64,000 bases of DNA, taken from the NCBI GenBank assembly GCA_026129525.1, contig JAHCHW010000010.1:68840-132839 (forward strand), written 5' to 3'. Origin of the DNA: Chitinophagales bacterium. Its GTDB lineage: Bacteria; Bacteroidota; Bacteroidia; Chitinophagales; LD1. The position numbers were made by a program, and so were the translations under genes. This document shows, piece after piece, positions 19,850 to 30,776 of the stretch. The notes under the pieces were generated by a model that saw nothing but the letters and a program-made list of their open reading frames with translations, had not been told where the DNA came from and ran no database searches. How positions within the stretch are numbered: position 1 is the stretch's first letter; every line of letters begins with the position of its first letter.

Positions 19850-20871
19850 GTGGCGGTTGTTTTCTTTTTAAAATATCGCACTGCAAAGAAAATGATTACA
19901 GCGAGTATTGTAATGCCTGCCAATAATGGACCAACTATTGCCAGTGTAAACAACGCTCCTATTGCCATTGTACCAACTTTTGATACCTGAAAATTGTAAG
20001 CATCAATTATTTTAAAGCTATAGGCAGATGAAGGAAATAAGATTCTGTCCGCAAGTGCATAACAAACCGAGGCGTTTGAAACTTGCTTTTCAAAATCAAC
20101 ACTTTCTGTTTGGGCTTTGTACCAAAGTATGATGTTGTTGCTTGCTGTAGGCTTTAACTTTTCAAAACGGTATTGCATAAAAGTATCGTTACCGGAGAAC
20201 GCCCCACGCGGGTAAACACCCATAAAATCGGAAATTTTTAGTCCGCCTTTCATAAACACCGAAATCCTCCCTTTGTCAATACTATCGCGCCACACCCTAC
20301 CACTTTCAAGAATATAGGTAAAGGCATTACCCTTTTTTTTGCTGTAACCTTTACGCAGCACAGAGTTGCCGGTGTTTACCAAAAAGTAAACATCAATAGT
20401 TGTAATTGCGTTTGGAGTATAAGCGGCTTGCCATACGTACCAGTTATCGGCATTGCCAAACAAGCCTGCCGAAGAAATATTGTTATCGCTTTCCTCCTTG
20501 GTTACAGAAACTTCGATGTTACCTACTAAAACTTTTAGGGCATGCAAGTCGCTTACGCTCACAGAATACACTTCATCATTACTGAGCGAGCCGTTTACAG
20601 GATAGCCGGTTGTAATTCTGACAGTATCGGATGTATGATTATACATGTAGTAAGTTCCTTTTACAACAGCGAAGCCGGGATAGAGGAGAATAGTTATCTC
20701 TTCGCGCTGCATCTGAATTTTTCCGACATGTGCGGAATCGGCTGCCATTAAAGGAAAGAAATTAGAGCCGTTACCATTGCCCCAAAAACCGGGCATTGCT
20801 ACATTCGAAAATGCCACTTGCCATGTAAGCAGCAGTGCGACAAAAGGCAAAATGCTTTTGTAGTTACTCAT
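19846..20871 (-). CDS. Membrane-anchored hypothetical protein encoded between purK and purE
   Basis: 341 aa. N-terminal signal peptide and a C-terminal TM helix plus basic tail ([28 protein letters not shown]). ATGA overlap with purE; 2-nt gap after purK. Confidence 0.55.
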   Translation of the reverse strand: MSNYKSILPFVALLLTWQVAFSNVAMPGFWGNGNGSNFFPLMAADSAHVGKIQMQREEITILLYPGFAVVKGTYYMYNHTSDTVRITTGYPVNGSLSNDEVYSVSVSDLHALKVLVGNIEVSVTKEESDNNISSAGLFGNADNWYVWQAAYTPNAITTIDVYFLVNTGNSVLRKGYSKKKGNAFTYILESGRVWRDSIDKGRISVFMKGGLKISDFMGVYPRGAFSGNDTFMQYRFEKLKPTASNNIILWYKAQTESVDFEKQVSNASVCYALADRILFPSSAYSFKIIDAYNFQVSKVGTMAIGALFTLAIVGPLLAGITILAVIIFFAVRYFKKKTTAT

Positions 20872-20873
20872 AG

Positions 20874-22004
20874 TTACGCAACTACTTTCAGTTTTTGTTT
20901 TACCATTTCAGCCTTTTGCAACAGTTCATCGCGGCTTTGGCTTACTATGGTTACATGCCCCATTTTGCGACCCGGTTTGGTTTCGTGCTTGCCGTATAAG
21001 TGCACATACACTCCTTTCATTTTCATTACTTCTTCCAACCCTTCATATTTTACCGCACCTGAATAACCATGCTCACCAATCAAATTCAACATCAGCGATG
21101 GATAAATAATGCTTGTGTTGCCAAGCGGAAGATTCATTAACACCCGCATTTGCATATCGTATTGCGATGAAAAATTCCCTTCAATACTTTGGTGCCCGCT
21201 GTTGTGAGCGCGGGGAGCGGTTTCGTTTACCAGTATATTTCCTTCGCGGTCTAAAAACATTTCAACGGCAAATATGCCGGGGCTATCAAGGGCATTCATT
21301 ACATCTAAGGCAAGTTTTTTTGCTTGGGCACTTTGCTCATCAGTTAATTGTGCAGGTGAAATCAAATAATCAACCAAATTGTATTTCGGATTAAAAACCA
21401 TTTCAACGGGTGGATACACAGCTGTTTCGCCATTCTCATTTTTCGCCACAATCACCGAAATCTCTTTGTCTATATCCACCAGCTTTTCCAGCACAGAAGG
21501 CGCATCAAATCCTTTTGCCATTTCATCGGCATTGCGGATAATTTCTACTCCTTTGCCATCGTATCCGCCACTGCGGAGTTTATGCGCAGCAGGTAAAAAA
21601 TCAATGTAGTTATTGATTTCGTATTTGTGTTGGGTAAAATGAAACTCGGAAGTGGGTATATGATTGTTTTGATAAAACTGCTTTTGCAAGCCTTTATCTT
21701 TTATGGTTTTGAGCGCTTGCGGACGAGGAAAGATTTTCAAGCCTTCTTCCTCTAATTTAAAAAGCGCTTCGAGGTTTACGTGCTCAATTTCTATGGTAAG
21801 CACATCTACCAGTTTGCCAAAGCGGTAAACTGCATCGTAGTCTTTTATATCTCCTTCAATAAAATAATGACACAGCGCAGAGGCAGGAGGATTTTTGCCG
21901 GCTTCGAGCACATAGGTTGTTACATGGTAATTTGCCGCGCTTTGCAGCAACATTCTGCCTAATTGCCCGCCACCGAGAATACCAATGCGTAAAGGATTTG
22001 ACAT
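20874..22004 (-). CDS. purK: 5-(carboxyamino)imidazole ribonucleotide synthase
   Basis: ATP-grasp enzyme. Start moved to ATG 22004 (MSNPLRIGILGGGQLGRM), which is more plausible than the track's upstream start. Confidence 0.9.
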   Translation of the reverse strand: MSNPLRIGILGGGQLGRMLLQSAANYHVTTYVLEAGKNPPASALCHYFIEGDIKDYDAVYRFGKLVDVLTIEIEHVNLEALFKLEEEGLKIFPRPQALKTIKDKGLQKQFYQNNHIPTSEFHFTQHKYEINNYIDFLPAAHKLRSGGYDGKGVEIIRNADEMAKGFDAPSVLEKLVDIDKEISVIVAKNENGETAVYPPVEMVFNPKYNLVDYLISPAQLTDEQSAQAKKLALDVMNALDSPGIFAVEMFLDREGNILVNETAPRAHNSGHQSIEGNFSSQYDMQMRVLMNLPLGNTSIIYPSLMLNLIGEHGYSGAVKYEGLEEVMKMKGVYVHLYGKHETKPGRKMGHVTIVSQSRDELLQKAEMVKQKLKVVA

Positions 22005-22141
22005 GTTGTTGTTTTTAGCCTGTCGTAGTGAGCACGTATGTACCAAACCAATACTTAGAGCACCTCTTAACCTATAAAGAGAGTAAGCCGATTTGGTGGA
22101 GATTGCTTCGCTCCACTCCGTTTCGCTCGCAATGACAAGGG

Positions 22142-22777
22142 TTATTTTGTTGCCGACAATTCTACGAGTTGTTGGTGAATTTTCAGCACCTGTTGTTTTA
22201 AATGTTCTTTGTCGTTGTCATTTACTATCACAAAGTCCGCAAGTTTCACCTTTTCTTCTTCCGGTAACTGGTTTTGCATACGCGCCATTACATCGCTTGA
22301 ACTAACATTATCGCGCTCAACCACGCGCTTTACACGAACATTTTGCGGGGCAGTAACCAGTATCAGTTTATCAAGGTATTTATGTGAGCCGGCTTCTATT
22401 AGCAGTGCGGCTTCTTTTAGCGCATAAGGAACGTTTGTTACTTCCTGTTCCATAACCCAACGCTCGGTATCGCGAAACACCGCAGGGTGAACCAATGAGT
22501 TAAGCAATTTTACCCTTTCCTTATCGTGAAAAACTTTTGAAGCCAGCAGTTGGCGGTTCAGTTGCCCATCTTCATACACTTCCTCACCAAAGTTCTTTTT
22601 GATTTCATCAATTAGAAAATGTTCGTGCTGCATTAAATACTTGGCGCGCTCATCGGCATAGTAAACAGGAATCCCTAACTCTTCAAACATTTTGCACACG
22701 GTAGTTTTGCCGCTGCCTATACCTCCGGTAATACCTATTTTAAGCACCTTGGTTCGGGTTTGTACATTTCGTTTCAT
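22142..22777 (-). CDS. coaE: Dephospho-CoA kinase
   Basis: 211 aa, P-loop IGITGGIGSGKTTV. Confidence 0.9.
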   Translation of the reverse strand: MKRNVQTRTKVLKIGITGGIGSGKTTVCKMFEELGIPVYYADERAKYLMQHEHFLIDEIKKNFGEEVYEDGQLNRQLLASKVFHDKERVKLLNSLVHPAVFRDTERWVMEQEVTNVPYALKEAALLIEAGSHKYLDKLILVTAPQNVRVKRVVERDNVSSSDVMARMQNQLPEEEKVKLADFVIVNDNDKEHLKQQVLKIHQQLVELSATK

Positions 22778-22904
22778 AGTTAACGAGTTTAACTATTAAC
22801 GAAACGGCACTAAGTTATATTATGTAGAGCGAACTTGCCGGATGAATAATGAGTGATGAACAATGAGTTAAACACAATAACCTGTCATTGAACACAGACT
22901 ACTT

Positions 22905-23210
22905 TTACTTCTTCTCTCCGTTTGCTTCTTTCTTTTCGGCACCGTACACACTATTGGTGAGTTCCATAGAGATGGCGCTGCGCTCTACGCGCATTTTTAC
23001 GTTGCTGTCCACTTCGAGCAATATAGAACCGTTGTCTTCCACTTTCAATATTCTGCCGTGTATGCCTCCGGAGGTAACCACCTTGTCTCCCTTTTCAATT
23101 TGGTTAATGAAGTTCGCCTGTTCTTTTGCTTTTTTGGTTTGCGGACGAATAAAGAACAGCCAAATAACTACTAAAAGCGCTCCGTAAAAAACAATAATTA
23201 TAGGATCCAT
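22905..23210 (-). CDS. yajC: Preprotein translocase subunit YajC
   Basis: 101 aa. One TM helix, then FIRPQTKKAKE...GDKVVTSGGIHGRI. Confidence 0.85.
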   Translation of the reverse strand: MDPIIIVFYGALLVVIWLFFIRPQTKKAKEQANFINQIEKGDKVVTSGGIHGRILKVEDNGSILLEVDSNVKMRVERSAISMELTNSVYGAEKKEANGEKK

Positions 23211-23240
23211 TGCGGTTGTTTAAATTGAAGTGATAAAAAA

Positions 23241-23678
23241 TTACTCTTTATCTTTTACAAAACCTTTCAGATAAAGCATTTCGTTGCGGGTTTCGGTATT
23301 GCAAACAATAGTGACTGTTTTTGTTTGCTCACCATGTTTGCCGGCTGAGTTGAACGTTACATGAATTTTGGCAGTTTCACCGGGCTTTAGCGGCTCTTTG
23401 GGGTATTCCGGAACCGTGCAGCCACACGAACCAAAAGCGCGGGCAATTACCAAGTTTTTAACACCGGTGTTTTTAATGGTAAAATCGCGCTCTACTTTAT
23501 CGCCATCGGTAATGGTATCAAAATAAGCTACAGTAGAATCAGGAAACTCAATGGTAGTAGTATCTTTCAGTAAATCGGCATCAAACACGGCATCGGGCGG
23601 GCGCTCTCCGCGTTTACGGCACGAAAAAACCGATATCGCAAGGAATAAAAGCAAAAAAGCAACTGTGTAATTTTTCAT
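23241..23678 (-). CDS. DUF1573-like lipoprotein
   Basis: Start moved to ATG 23678 (MKNYTVAFLLLFLAISVFSC, a lipobox), which removes the overlap with the upstream gene. Contains the GSCGCT motif typical of the family. Confidence 0.7.
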   Translation of the reverse strand: MKNYTVAFLLLFLAISVFSCRKRGERPPDAVFDADLLKDTTTIEFPDSTVAYFDTITDGDKVERDFTIKNTGVKNLVIARAFGSCGCTVPEYPKEPLKPGETAKIHVTFNSAGKHGEQTKTVTIVCNTETRNEMLYLKGFVKDKE

Positions 23679-23728
23679 AAGCGGGCACAAACCAAACCAA
23701 AGTTTTTGATTTTTAAAACCAAAGAAGG

Positions 23729-24397
23729 TTAACGGTCTATTACCAACGATTCTGCTTTGGCGCCCAGTTCTATCAGCAAGCCGCACATATTCTCTACAAA
23801 ACCTTTTGGACCACATACATAAAATTGCTTGCTGAAGTCGGCAATGTTTTCGATGAGAAATTTGCGGTCAATGTGTTTATCTAAAAAACCGATTACGTTT
23901 TCGCGGGTGTACACCTTCACAAAGTTTTCGGCAAGCATGGTGGTTAACTCTTGCTCTAAGATTAAATCGTGCGATGTACGAACGGAATGAATGAGTTTGC
24001 AACCAAACAGATTCTTGCTCCGATACAGTTCGCGCAGTATGGCAATGTACGGAGTTATCCCAGTTCCGCCTGCTAAAAATACTCCCGGACCCTTATACGA
24101 AATAGCTCCGAAAACATCATGCAACACTAATTCGCCCCCGGCATTTATACGCCCAAGCATATCGGTTACACCGTTATGGTCGGGATAAATTTTTATGATA
24201 AACTCCAAATGTTCCCATCGGTTTAAGCCGGTAAAAGTGAATGGGCGCAATTTATCTTTCCATTCAGGTAAATTGATGGATACATCGGTAGCCTGCCCCG
24301 GAATAAAAGTATAGTCCTTAGGCTTTTCAACCACAAAGCGTTTAACATCGTGGTTTATAAAATTGGCTTCCAGAATTTTTACAACATGTTCGCTCAT
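23729..24397 (-). CDS. FAD/NAD(P)-binding oxidoreductase (ferredoxin-reductase-like)
   Basis: 222 aa. RPFT flavin motif (LRPFTFTG) and GGTGITP NAD(P)-binding motif. Confidence 0.7.
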   Translation of the reverse strand: MSEHVVKILEANFINHDVKRFVVEKPKDYTFIPGQATDVSINLPEWKDKLRPFTFTGLNRWEHLEFIIKIYPDHNGVTDMLGRINAGGELVLHDVFGAISYKGPGVFLAGGTGITPYIAILRELYRSKNLFGCKLIHSVRTSHDLILEQELTTMLAENFVKVYTRENVIGFLDKHIDRKFLIENIADFSKQFYVCGPKGFVENMCGLLIELGAKAESLVIDR

Positions 24398-24545
24398 AAG
24401 GTGAAAATATAAACTTCTGAATGCGAGAAAAGTTCATTAAATCGAAAAAAACACAAAGCCTTGCTTTTTGTATTGTTATTACAATTTGAAGTCAAGCATA
24501 ATTGGGCAAACCGAACACATTCCGGCCTTTGTTACTTTCGCTAAC

Positions 24546-25991
24546 ATGAAAATGAGTGTGCTTTTAAAATCACAACATCAGGGAGTAATACTATTGTTGC
24601 TTATAGTGTTTAGTAGTACCATCGTTCGTTCTCAAGTCCCCGAACCACCCGCCAACCCCACCAATATGCAGTTCAGCAATGTAAAAACATACGGTTTTAC
24701 AATGAGTTTTACTCCTTCAGTTGCGTATGGCTTTTTAGTAGCAAAAAGCGCTAATCCTATTGCATGGACACCGCAAGATGGTGTGCTTTACCAAGTGGGG
24801 CAAGGTGTTGGCAACGGAGCAAAAATTGTGGCGGTTGATACATCCGGCAACAGCAGTTTTAACCTGCGCGAAGTGGTGGAAAATACCAAGTATTACCTCG
24901 CTGTTTTTGCGTTTAACGGTTGGGGCAATGCCATCAATTACAAGCAAACCGATCCATTGTTTGATTCGGTTGTTTCGGCTGCCTATACTCCGCAATCTTA
25001 CTTTGCAGGAATAGATTCCTCGTCAGGTAATTTTATTAACGAACTACATAACCTAATTAATCCGCATACAGTAGTGCCGTATGTTTCGTACAAAAATCTG
25101 ATAATACCGGCAGTATTTGAACGCGATACCATTGGCGGAGGCAGAGTGGTAAATTGCGAATACAGCAATTTTACTACCACGTATCAGCCTCCTTTCGATT
25201 TTACCGCACAAAAGTACAACCGTGAGCATGCACTACCCAAAAGCTGGATGCACACAGGTGGCAATACCAACAATGCAGATGGAGCCGACTATCATAACCT
25301 GCTGCTTACCCGCGATGTTCCTAACCAAACGCGCTCCAATTACCCTTTAGGAATAGTAGTAAACATTACTTCTACATTTGGCGAGAGTAAGTTCGGGTTT
25401 GATGCTATGGGGAATCAGGTTTTTGAACCTATGGATGCCCGAAAAGGCGATGCCGCACGCAATATGTTTTACCAAATGATTTGCTATAACGGCAACGGTG
25501 GTATATGGGGGTTTGATTACTTGCTGACCAAAGCCCCCGCGCAGGACCAAAACATTCTTAAACTTTGGAATGCTCAAGACCCGCCAGATAAATTCGAGCG
25601 CACCAAAGACGAATACATATTTTCAATACAAGGCAACTACAACCCTTTTATTGCTTACCCCAACTGGGCTAACTGTATAAATTGGGATAGCCTTGTAAAA
25701 ACAAATTTGTGCGGAGCAATTTCAGGTATTGAAAGCGGTTTATCCTCATTTCCGTTAAACATATTCCCTAACCCTGCCGGTAGTTTTGTGAAAATTGAAT
25801 TAGACGATTTTGAAGGGATGGCTGCCGAGTTTTCAATTACTGATGTACTTGGCAGAGAGGTAAAAAGAGAGATTGTTCAGCTAACGTATCCCTATTTATC
25901 TATTGCCGATTTACCAAACGGATTCTATACCATAAGCACGCAAACCCAAAAACGGTATTATATTAAACGTCTTCTTATAGTGCAGCGTTGA
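24546..25991 (+). CDS. Secreted endonuclease I family nuclease with T9SS type-A C-terminal domain
   Basis: Start at ATG 24546 (signal peptide). Endonuclease-I-like core (NREHALPKSW...DYHNL...N) and C-terminal IFPNPAGSFVKIEL...NGFYTIS tail. Confidence 0.8.
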   Translation: MKMSVLLKSQHQGVILLLLIVFSSTIVRSQVPEPPANPTNMQFSNVKTYGFTMSFTPSVAYGFLVAKSANPIAWTPQDGVLYQVGQGVGNGAKIVAVDTSGNSSFNLREVVENTKYYLAVFAFNGWGNAINYKQTDPLFDSVVSAAYTPQSYFAGIDSSSGNFINELHNLINPHTVVPYVSYKNLIIPAVFERDTIGGGRVVNCEYSNFTTTYQPPFDFTAQKYNREHALPKSWMHTGGNTNNADGADYHNLLLTRDVPNQTRSNYPLGIVVNITSTFGESKFGFDAMGNQVFEPMDARKGDAARNMFYQMICYNGNGGIWGFDYLLTKAPAQDQNILKLWNAQDPPDKFERTKDEYIFSIQGNYNPFIAYPNWANCINWDSLVKTNLCGAISGIESGLSSFPLNIFPNPAGSFVKIELDDFEGMAAEFSITDVLGREVKREIVQLTYPYLSIADLPNGFYTISTQTQKRYYIKRLLIVQR

Positions 25992-26099
25992 AGTATTCTT
26001 TAGGAAATGCTTGTAAAAACAGACAATTTGCCACATATTTGCCGTCCTTTTGAAATAAGGAATTATTTATTCACCCAAACCTAAAATTGATTTTTAGAC

Positions 26100-26666
26100 A
26101 TGGCAGTTAAAATCAGACTACAAAGACACGGTAGAGGCAAGCGTCCTTTTTACCACATTGTTGCGGCAGACAGCCGTTCGCCCCGCGATGGAAAGTACAT
26201 TGAAAGAATTGGCGATTATAACCCGCTTACTATGCCGGCCACCATTCATATTGATGTGGACAAGGCTGTAAACTGGTTAGAGAAAGGTGCTGGATTTACC
26301 GACACCATTAAAGCCATTCTTAAATACAAGGGAATTCTTTACAAAAAGCATTTGTTGCGCGGAGTGCGTAAAGGCGCTTTAACTCCCGAGCAAGCGGAAG
26401 CTAAATACCAACAGTGGGTAGATGAGCATAAAAACAAAGTACTTGATCACCAAAAGAAACATCACAAAGATAAAGCTGAACGCGTAGCCAAGTTACTGGA
26501 ACAAGAACAGAAAAAGGCTGCCGACCGTGAAGCTAAACGCCAGGCTGCATTAGCGGCTGCTGAAGAAGCCAAGAAAGCCGCTGAAGAGGCAGCAGCAGCA
26601 CAGCCTGAAAATGCAGAAACTGCTGCTCCGGCTGCCGAAAACACCGATGCACCTGCCGAAAGTTAA
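26100..26666 (+). CDS. rpsP: 30S ribosomal protein S16 with a long Lys/Ala/Glu-rich C-terminal tail
   Basis: MAVKIRLQRHGRGKRPFYHIVAADSRSPRDGK, then about 100 aa of low-complexity tail. Confidence 0.9.
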   Translation: MAVKIRLQRHGRGKRPFYHIVAADSRSPRDGKYIERIGDYNPLTMPATIHIDVDKAVNWLEKGAGFTDTIKAILKYKGILYKKHLLRGVRKGALTPEQAEAKYQQWVDEHKNKVLDHQKKHHKDKAERVAKLLEQEQKKAADREAKRQAALAAAEEAKKAAEEAAAAQPENAETAAPAAENTDAPAES

Positions 26667-26684
26667 TTCTTTCCGTTTGCTTAC

Positions 26685-27206
26685 ATGCCAAACGAACACT
26701 ACATACCGGTTGGAAAACTGGGAAAGCCCCACGGAATAAGTGGGGCTTTTCGTTTTCGTTTGTCAAGAGTTCTAAAGAAGATACGGAAGTTGCCGCCCTA
26801 TTTTTGTATGGAGCAAAAGGGCAACCCTGTTCCATTTTTTGTTTCGCGTTTTGAGATGAAAAACTTTGAAGAAGGGCTGATAAATTTTGAAGAAATTACT
26901 ACTCCCGAACAAGCAAAGCAGTACAGCGGCAGCGAGTTGCTGCTTACAGAAAAAGAGATAAAGCTCTATTTTGAAAAGGATGCAGAGAGTATTGATTATC
27001 TAATAGGTTATCGGCTTACTGATGAACAAGCCGGTGAAGTAGGAACTGTTATTGAACTCCTTGAAACTCCTGCCCAAGTTTTAGCAATAGTAAAGGGAAA
27101 TAGAAAAGATTACACCATACCTTTGGCAGACGATTTCATTGTGGAAATAGACGAGCTAAAGAAGCAGATACACGTGAATTTACCGGAAGGTTTATTAGAT
27201 CTTTAA
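26685..27206 (+). CDS. rimM: 16S rRNA processing protein RimM
   Basis: 173 aa, GKLGKPHGISGAFRF N-terminus. Position between rpsP and trmD. Confidence 0.85.
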   Translation: MPNEHYIPVGKLGKPHGISGAFRFRLSRVLKKIRKLPPYFCMEQKGNPVPFFVSRFEMKNFEEGLINFEEITTPEQAKQYSGSELLLTEKEIKLYFEKDAESIDYLIGYRLTDEQAGEVGTVIELLETPAQVLAIVKGNRKDYTIPLADDFIVEIDELKKQIHVNLPEGLLDL

Positions 27207-27209
27207 CAC

Positions 27210-27890
27210 ATGAGAATTGACATTATAACCGTATTACCCGAATTGTTGGAAAGCCCTTTCAGCCATTCCATCCTTAAACGTGCGTCTCAAAAGGGATTAT
27301 TGCAGGTAAACCTTATTAACCTGCGCGATTATGCTATAAATAAGTATGGAACGGTGGATGATTATCAATATGGAGGAGGTGCGGGCATGGTACTTATGTG
27401 TGAGCCGCTTGCAAAGTGTATTGATAAACTGGAAACAGAGCGCGATTACGATGACGTAATTTACATGACTCCCGATGGCACACCATTCAATCAAAAAATG
27501 GCGAACACCCTTTCACTAAAGCAGAATTTTATAGTGATATGCGGGCATTACAAAGGCATTGATGAACGCATTCGTCAGCTATATGTAACCCGCGAAATTT
27601 CGATTGGCGATTATGTATTGAGCGGAGGCGAACTCGCTGCCGCTGTTTTTGCAGATGCTCTTGGGCGTTTGTTGCCCGGTGTGTTGAACGATGAAACATC
27701 AGCACTTTCCGATTCATTTCAGGATAGTTTGCTAGCTCCGCCTGTTTACACTCGTCCGGAAAATTTCAGAGGATTGAAAGTTCCTGACATACTGCTGTCG
27801 GGGCACGAAGCAAAAATTAAAGACTGGCGATATGAGCAGGCATTGGAGCGCACCAAACAGCGCAGACCTGATTTGTTGAATGAAGAGTAA
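27210..27890 (+). CDS. trmD: tRNA (guanine37-N1)-methyltransferase
   Basis: 226 aa, [12 protein letters not shown]...[11 protein letters not shown]...[11 protein letters not shown]. Confidence 0.95.
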   Translation: MRIDIITVLPELLESPFSHSILKRASQKGLLQVNLINLRDYAINKYGTVDDYQYGGGAGMVLMCEPLAKCIDKLETERDYDDVIYMTPDGTPFNQKMANTLSLKQNFIVICGHYKGIDERIRQLYVTREISIGDYVLSGGELAAAVFADALGRLLPGVLNDETSALSDSFQDSLLAPPVYTRPENFRGLKVPDILLSGHEAKIKDWRYEQALERTKQRRPDLLNEE

Positions 27891-27894
27891 GTAG

Positions 27895-28464
27895 TTATTT
27901 CTTCTTTCCCTTAGGAGCTAAGGTCATAAACATACGCTTGCCTTCGAGGGTAGGTAGCTGTTCTACTACTGCAACTTCTTTAAGTTTATCGGCAAACTGC
28001 AAAAGCAATAATTCGCCTCTTTCCTTAAAAACAATGGCACGTCCGCGGAACATTACATAGGTTCTCACCTTGTTGCCTTCTTTCAAAAAACTTTCGGCAT
28101 GTTTAGCTTTAAACTCCACATCATGCTCATCGGTATTGGGTGTAAATCGGATTTCTTTTACTTCTACCTTTTTACTGTGTGCCTTAATTTCCTTCTCCTT
28201 TTTCTTTTTCTCGTAAAGGAATTTGTTGTAGTCAACTATACGGCAAACCGGTGGAACGGCATTGGGCGATATTTCTACTAAATCCATACCGCGTTCAATA
28301 GCCATATCGAGCGCCTGCTTAATAGTATAAACCCCGGGCGACACATTTTCCCCAACCACTCGTACTTCAGGGTGTCGTATTTTTTCGTTGATGTTGTGTT
28401 CTGGTTCTCTTTTAAAAGGTGTGCGGCTATACCTTGGATTGAAGGGACGAGGATTTGGATTCAA
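27895..28464 (-). CDS. infC: Translation initiation factor IF-3
   Basis: 189 aa, [14 protein letters not shown]...[12 protein letters not shown]. The first in-frame start after the upstream stop is TTG (28464), and a non-ATG start is typical for infC. Confidence 0.9.
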   Translation of the reverse strand: MNPNPRPFNPRYSRTPFKREPEHNINEKIRHPEVRVVGENVSPGVYTIKQALDMAIERGMDLVEISPNAVPPVCRIVDYNKFLYEKKKKEKEIKAHSKKVEVKEIRFTPNTDEHDVEFKAKHAESFLKEGNKVRTYVMFRGRAIVFKERGELLLLQFADKLKEVAVVEQLPTLEGKRMFMTLAPKGKKK

Positions 28465-28499
28465 ACGGGATGTTGTTTTGGTTACTAATTTTTAGAATG

Positions 28500-28507
28500 C
28501 AAAAATA
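28500..28507 (-). promoter_or_regulatory. Candidate -7 promoter box (TATTTTTG) for infC
   Basis: Exact TAnnTTTG match on the minus strand, about 35 nt upstream of the TTG start. Confidence 0.3.
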
Positions 28508-28655
28508 ATAAAAGGAAACTCAGAATTACAAATGCTTATTCGCGTATCAACATACAATATTAACACAGCAATGAAGATGCTATAACCGTAAATATTTACG
28601 CGGAGTTCCCCGATGCGTTGCATAGAGAAACCCCACGCAATAAAAACGTTCCGGA

Positions 28656-30776
28656 CTAATTCTCCGAAACTTTATCTAACAACACTTTTCGCGATAGTTT
28701 AAACTTGCCGGTTTTGTTGTCTATTCCCAACAGTTTCACTTTCACTACATCGTTTTCCTTGAAAATGCCGTCCATAGTTTCCAGGCGCTTGTGCGAAATT
28801 TCGGAAATGTGGAGTAGGCCTTGTTTGCCGGGCATAAACTCTACAAACGCTCCGTAAGGCATAATGGACTTAACGGTAGCTTCATAAACTTCTCCAATTT
28901 CGGGCACCGCCACTATTCCGCGTATTTTGCGAACGGCTGCATCCAAACCCTCCTGATTGGGCGAGAAAATTTCAATCTTACCTTGGTTGTTTATTTCCTC
29001 AATTACAATGGTAGTTCCGGTTTCGCGCTGCATTTCCTGAATTACTTTTCCACCGGGGCCTATTACTGCTCCAATATATTCCTTGTCAATCATCATTTGG
29101 AATACGCGTGGGGCATGTGGTTTGTAATCGGGGCGCGGTGCATCCAACGTTTTCTTCATTTCGTTCAAAATATGCAAACGACCGCGTTTAGCTTGTTCCA
29201 ATGCTTCGGTAAGCAACTCGCGCGAAAGTCCTTTAATTTTAATATCCATTTGGCAGGCGGTAATACCTTGTTCGGTACCACACACTTTAAAATCCATATC
29301 GCCTAAGTGATCTTCATCGCCAAGAATATCGGAAAGCACTACATACTTACCGGTTTCTTCGTTGGTAACCAATCCCATGGCAATACCCGACACAGGCTTG
29401 CGAATTTGTACACCGGCATCCATAAGCGCTAAAATTCCGGCACAAACGGTTGCCATTGATGAAGAGCCGTTCGATTCCAGAATATCGGATACTATACGAA
29501 TGGTGTAAGGCGTATCGGTAGGCATTACTTTTTCAATAGCGCGCCATGCCAGGTTACCGTGCCCAACTTCCCTTCTGCCTACTCCGCGCGGAGCACGTGC
29601 TTCGCCCACACTGAAAGGAGGGAAATTGTAGTGCAACAAGAATTTCTTTTCGTAGTTAAAAATGGCACCGTCAATTAACTGGGCATCTAACTTGGTGCCG
29701 AGGGTAACAGTGGTTAACGATTGGGTTTCGCCACGGGTAAACAGTGCTGAACCATGCGGGCCGGGCAGGTAACCTGCTTCGCTCCAAATATTTCTAATCT
29801 CATCAAACTTACGTCCGTCCAAACGCTTGCGTTGCCCCAGCATGGTATCGCGCACGGCATTGTATTCTACCGCACCCCAGTACAGCCCTATAAGAAAAGC
29901 GTTTTCTTCTTTTTCTTCATCAGTGAGTGTAGCCAAAAATTCTTCTTTAATAGCTTTAAAAGCAGCGCTGCGAACTTTTTTGTCGGCAATTTCTGATGCG
30001 GCAACCGCACAACATTTTTCGTAGCAGAAATCGTTTATGCGTTTGCGCAAATCTTCGTTGTGCTTTTCGTGCTCGTACGCTCTTTTTTCAGTTTTGCCGG
30101 CCTCGGCTTCCAGTTCTTTCAGAACGGCTACCTGTTTCTTAATGGCATCCTGTGCAAACATGATGGCTTCTACCATATCAGCTTCGCTTACTTCGTTCAT
30201 TTCGCCCTCTACCATTACAATAGATTTTTCGGAAGCAGCAACAATCAGGTCAATATCGGCACGCTCGTTATCTTTCAGGCTGGGGTTAATTACCAATTGT
30301 CCGTCAATTCTCGCTACACGCACTTCCGAGATAGGTCCGTTGAATGGGATATCGGAAACCGCCAAAGCCGCAGATGCTGCGAGGCAAGCAAGTGCATCGG
30401 GCAGTTCGTTTAAATCGCCCGAAATGAGCGTTACCTGCACTACCACGTTTGCGTGAAAATCTTCAGGGAAAAGCGGGCGCAATGCGCGGTCAATTAAGCG
30501 ACCAATAAGTATTTCATCATCGGTTGATTTCCCTTCGCGCTTAAAAAAGCTGCCGGGGAAACGCCCTACCGAAGCCATGTTTTCGCGGTATTCTACCGTA
30601 AGCGGCATAAAGTCCACGCCTTCTTTGGCTTCTTTATCGGCACAAACGGTTGCCAGCAAAATGGTATTGCCGTAGCGCACGGTTGCCGAGCCATCGGCTT
30701 GTTTGGCAAGTTTGCCGGTTTCAATTTCTACTATTCTCCCTCCACCGAGGTCTATTGTTTTCTTGATAATATTCAT
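28656..30776 (-). CDS. pnp: Polyribonucleotide nucleotidyltransferase (PNPase)
   Basis: 706 aa. Two RNase PH domains, KH (GPGGKVIQE) and S1 ([20 protein letters not shown]) domains. Confidence 0.95.
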   Translation of the reverse strand: MNIIKKTIDLGGGRIVEIETGKLAKQADGSATVRYGNTILLATVCADKEAKEGVDFMPLTVEYRENMASVGRFPGSFFKREGKSTDDEILIGRLIDRALRPLFPEDFHANVVVQVTLISGDLNELPDALACLAASAALAVSDIPFNGPISEVRVARIDGQLVINPSLKDNERADIDLIVAASEKSIVMVEGEMNEVSEADMVEAIMFAQDAIKKQVAVLKELEAEAGKTEKRAYEHEKHNEDLRKRINDFCYEKCCAVAASEIADKKVRSAAFKAIKEEFLATLTDEEKEENAFLIGLYWGAVEYNAVRDTMLGQRKRLDGRKFDEIRNIWSEAGYLPGPHGSALFTRGETQSLTTVTLGTKLDAQLIDGAIFNYEKKFLLHYNFPPFSVGEARAPRGVGRREVGHGNLAWRAIEKVMPTDTPYTIRIVSDILESNGSSSMATVCAGILALMDAGVQIRKPVSGIAMGLVTNEETGKYVVLSDILGDEDHLGDMDFKVCGTEQGITACQMDIKIKGLSRELLTEALEQAKRGRLHILNEMKKTLDAPRPDYKPHAPRVFQMMIDKEYIGAVIGPGGKVIQEMQRETGTTIVIEEINNQGKIEIFSPNQEGLDAAVRKIRGIVAVPEIGEVYEATVKSIMPYGAFVEFMPGKQGLLHISEISHKRLETMDGIFKENDVVKVKLLGIDNKTGKFKLSRKVLLDKVSEN

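Noticed and set aside
22093-22140. An intergenic motif between purK and coaE, gattgcttcgctccactccgtttcgctcgcaatgac, with an internal TTCGCTC direct repeat closed by attgc/gcaat. It reminded me of a short dispersed repeat seen in Bacteroidota and cyanobacterial genomes, and the track ORF 22093..22305 starts in it.
   Set aside because: There is only one copy in this window, so repeat status cannot be shown here, and my recollection of the family is not verifiable without a search. The ORF overlaps coaE antisense and is unlikely to be real.
26400-26666. The roughly 100-aa Lys/Ala/Glu-rich C-terminal extension on ribosomal protein S16, considered as a gene fusion or frameshift artefact.
   Set aside because: The reading frame is continuous from a normal S16 core. 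As far as I recall, long charged S16 tails are normal in Bacteroidota, so this is not an anomaly of this locus.
27891-28655. Operon context: rplS is absent after trmD, and rpmI-rplT are absent after infC, considered as a sign of rearrangement or an island.
   Set aside because: Gene order of these ribosomal clusters varies between phyla. There are no repeats, integrase genes or composition shift at the junctions, so this is ordinary lineage-specific synteny.
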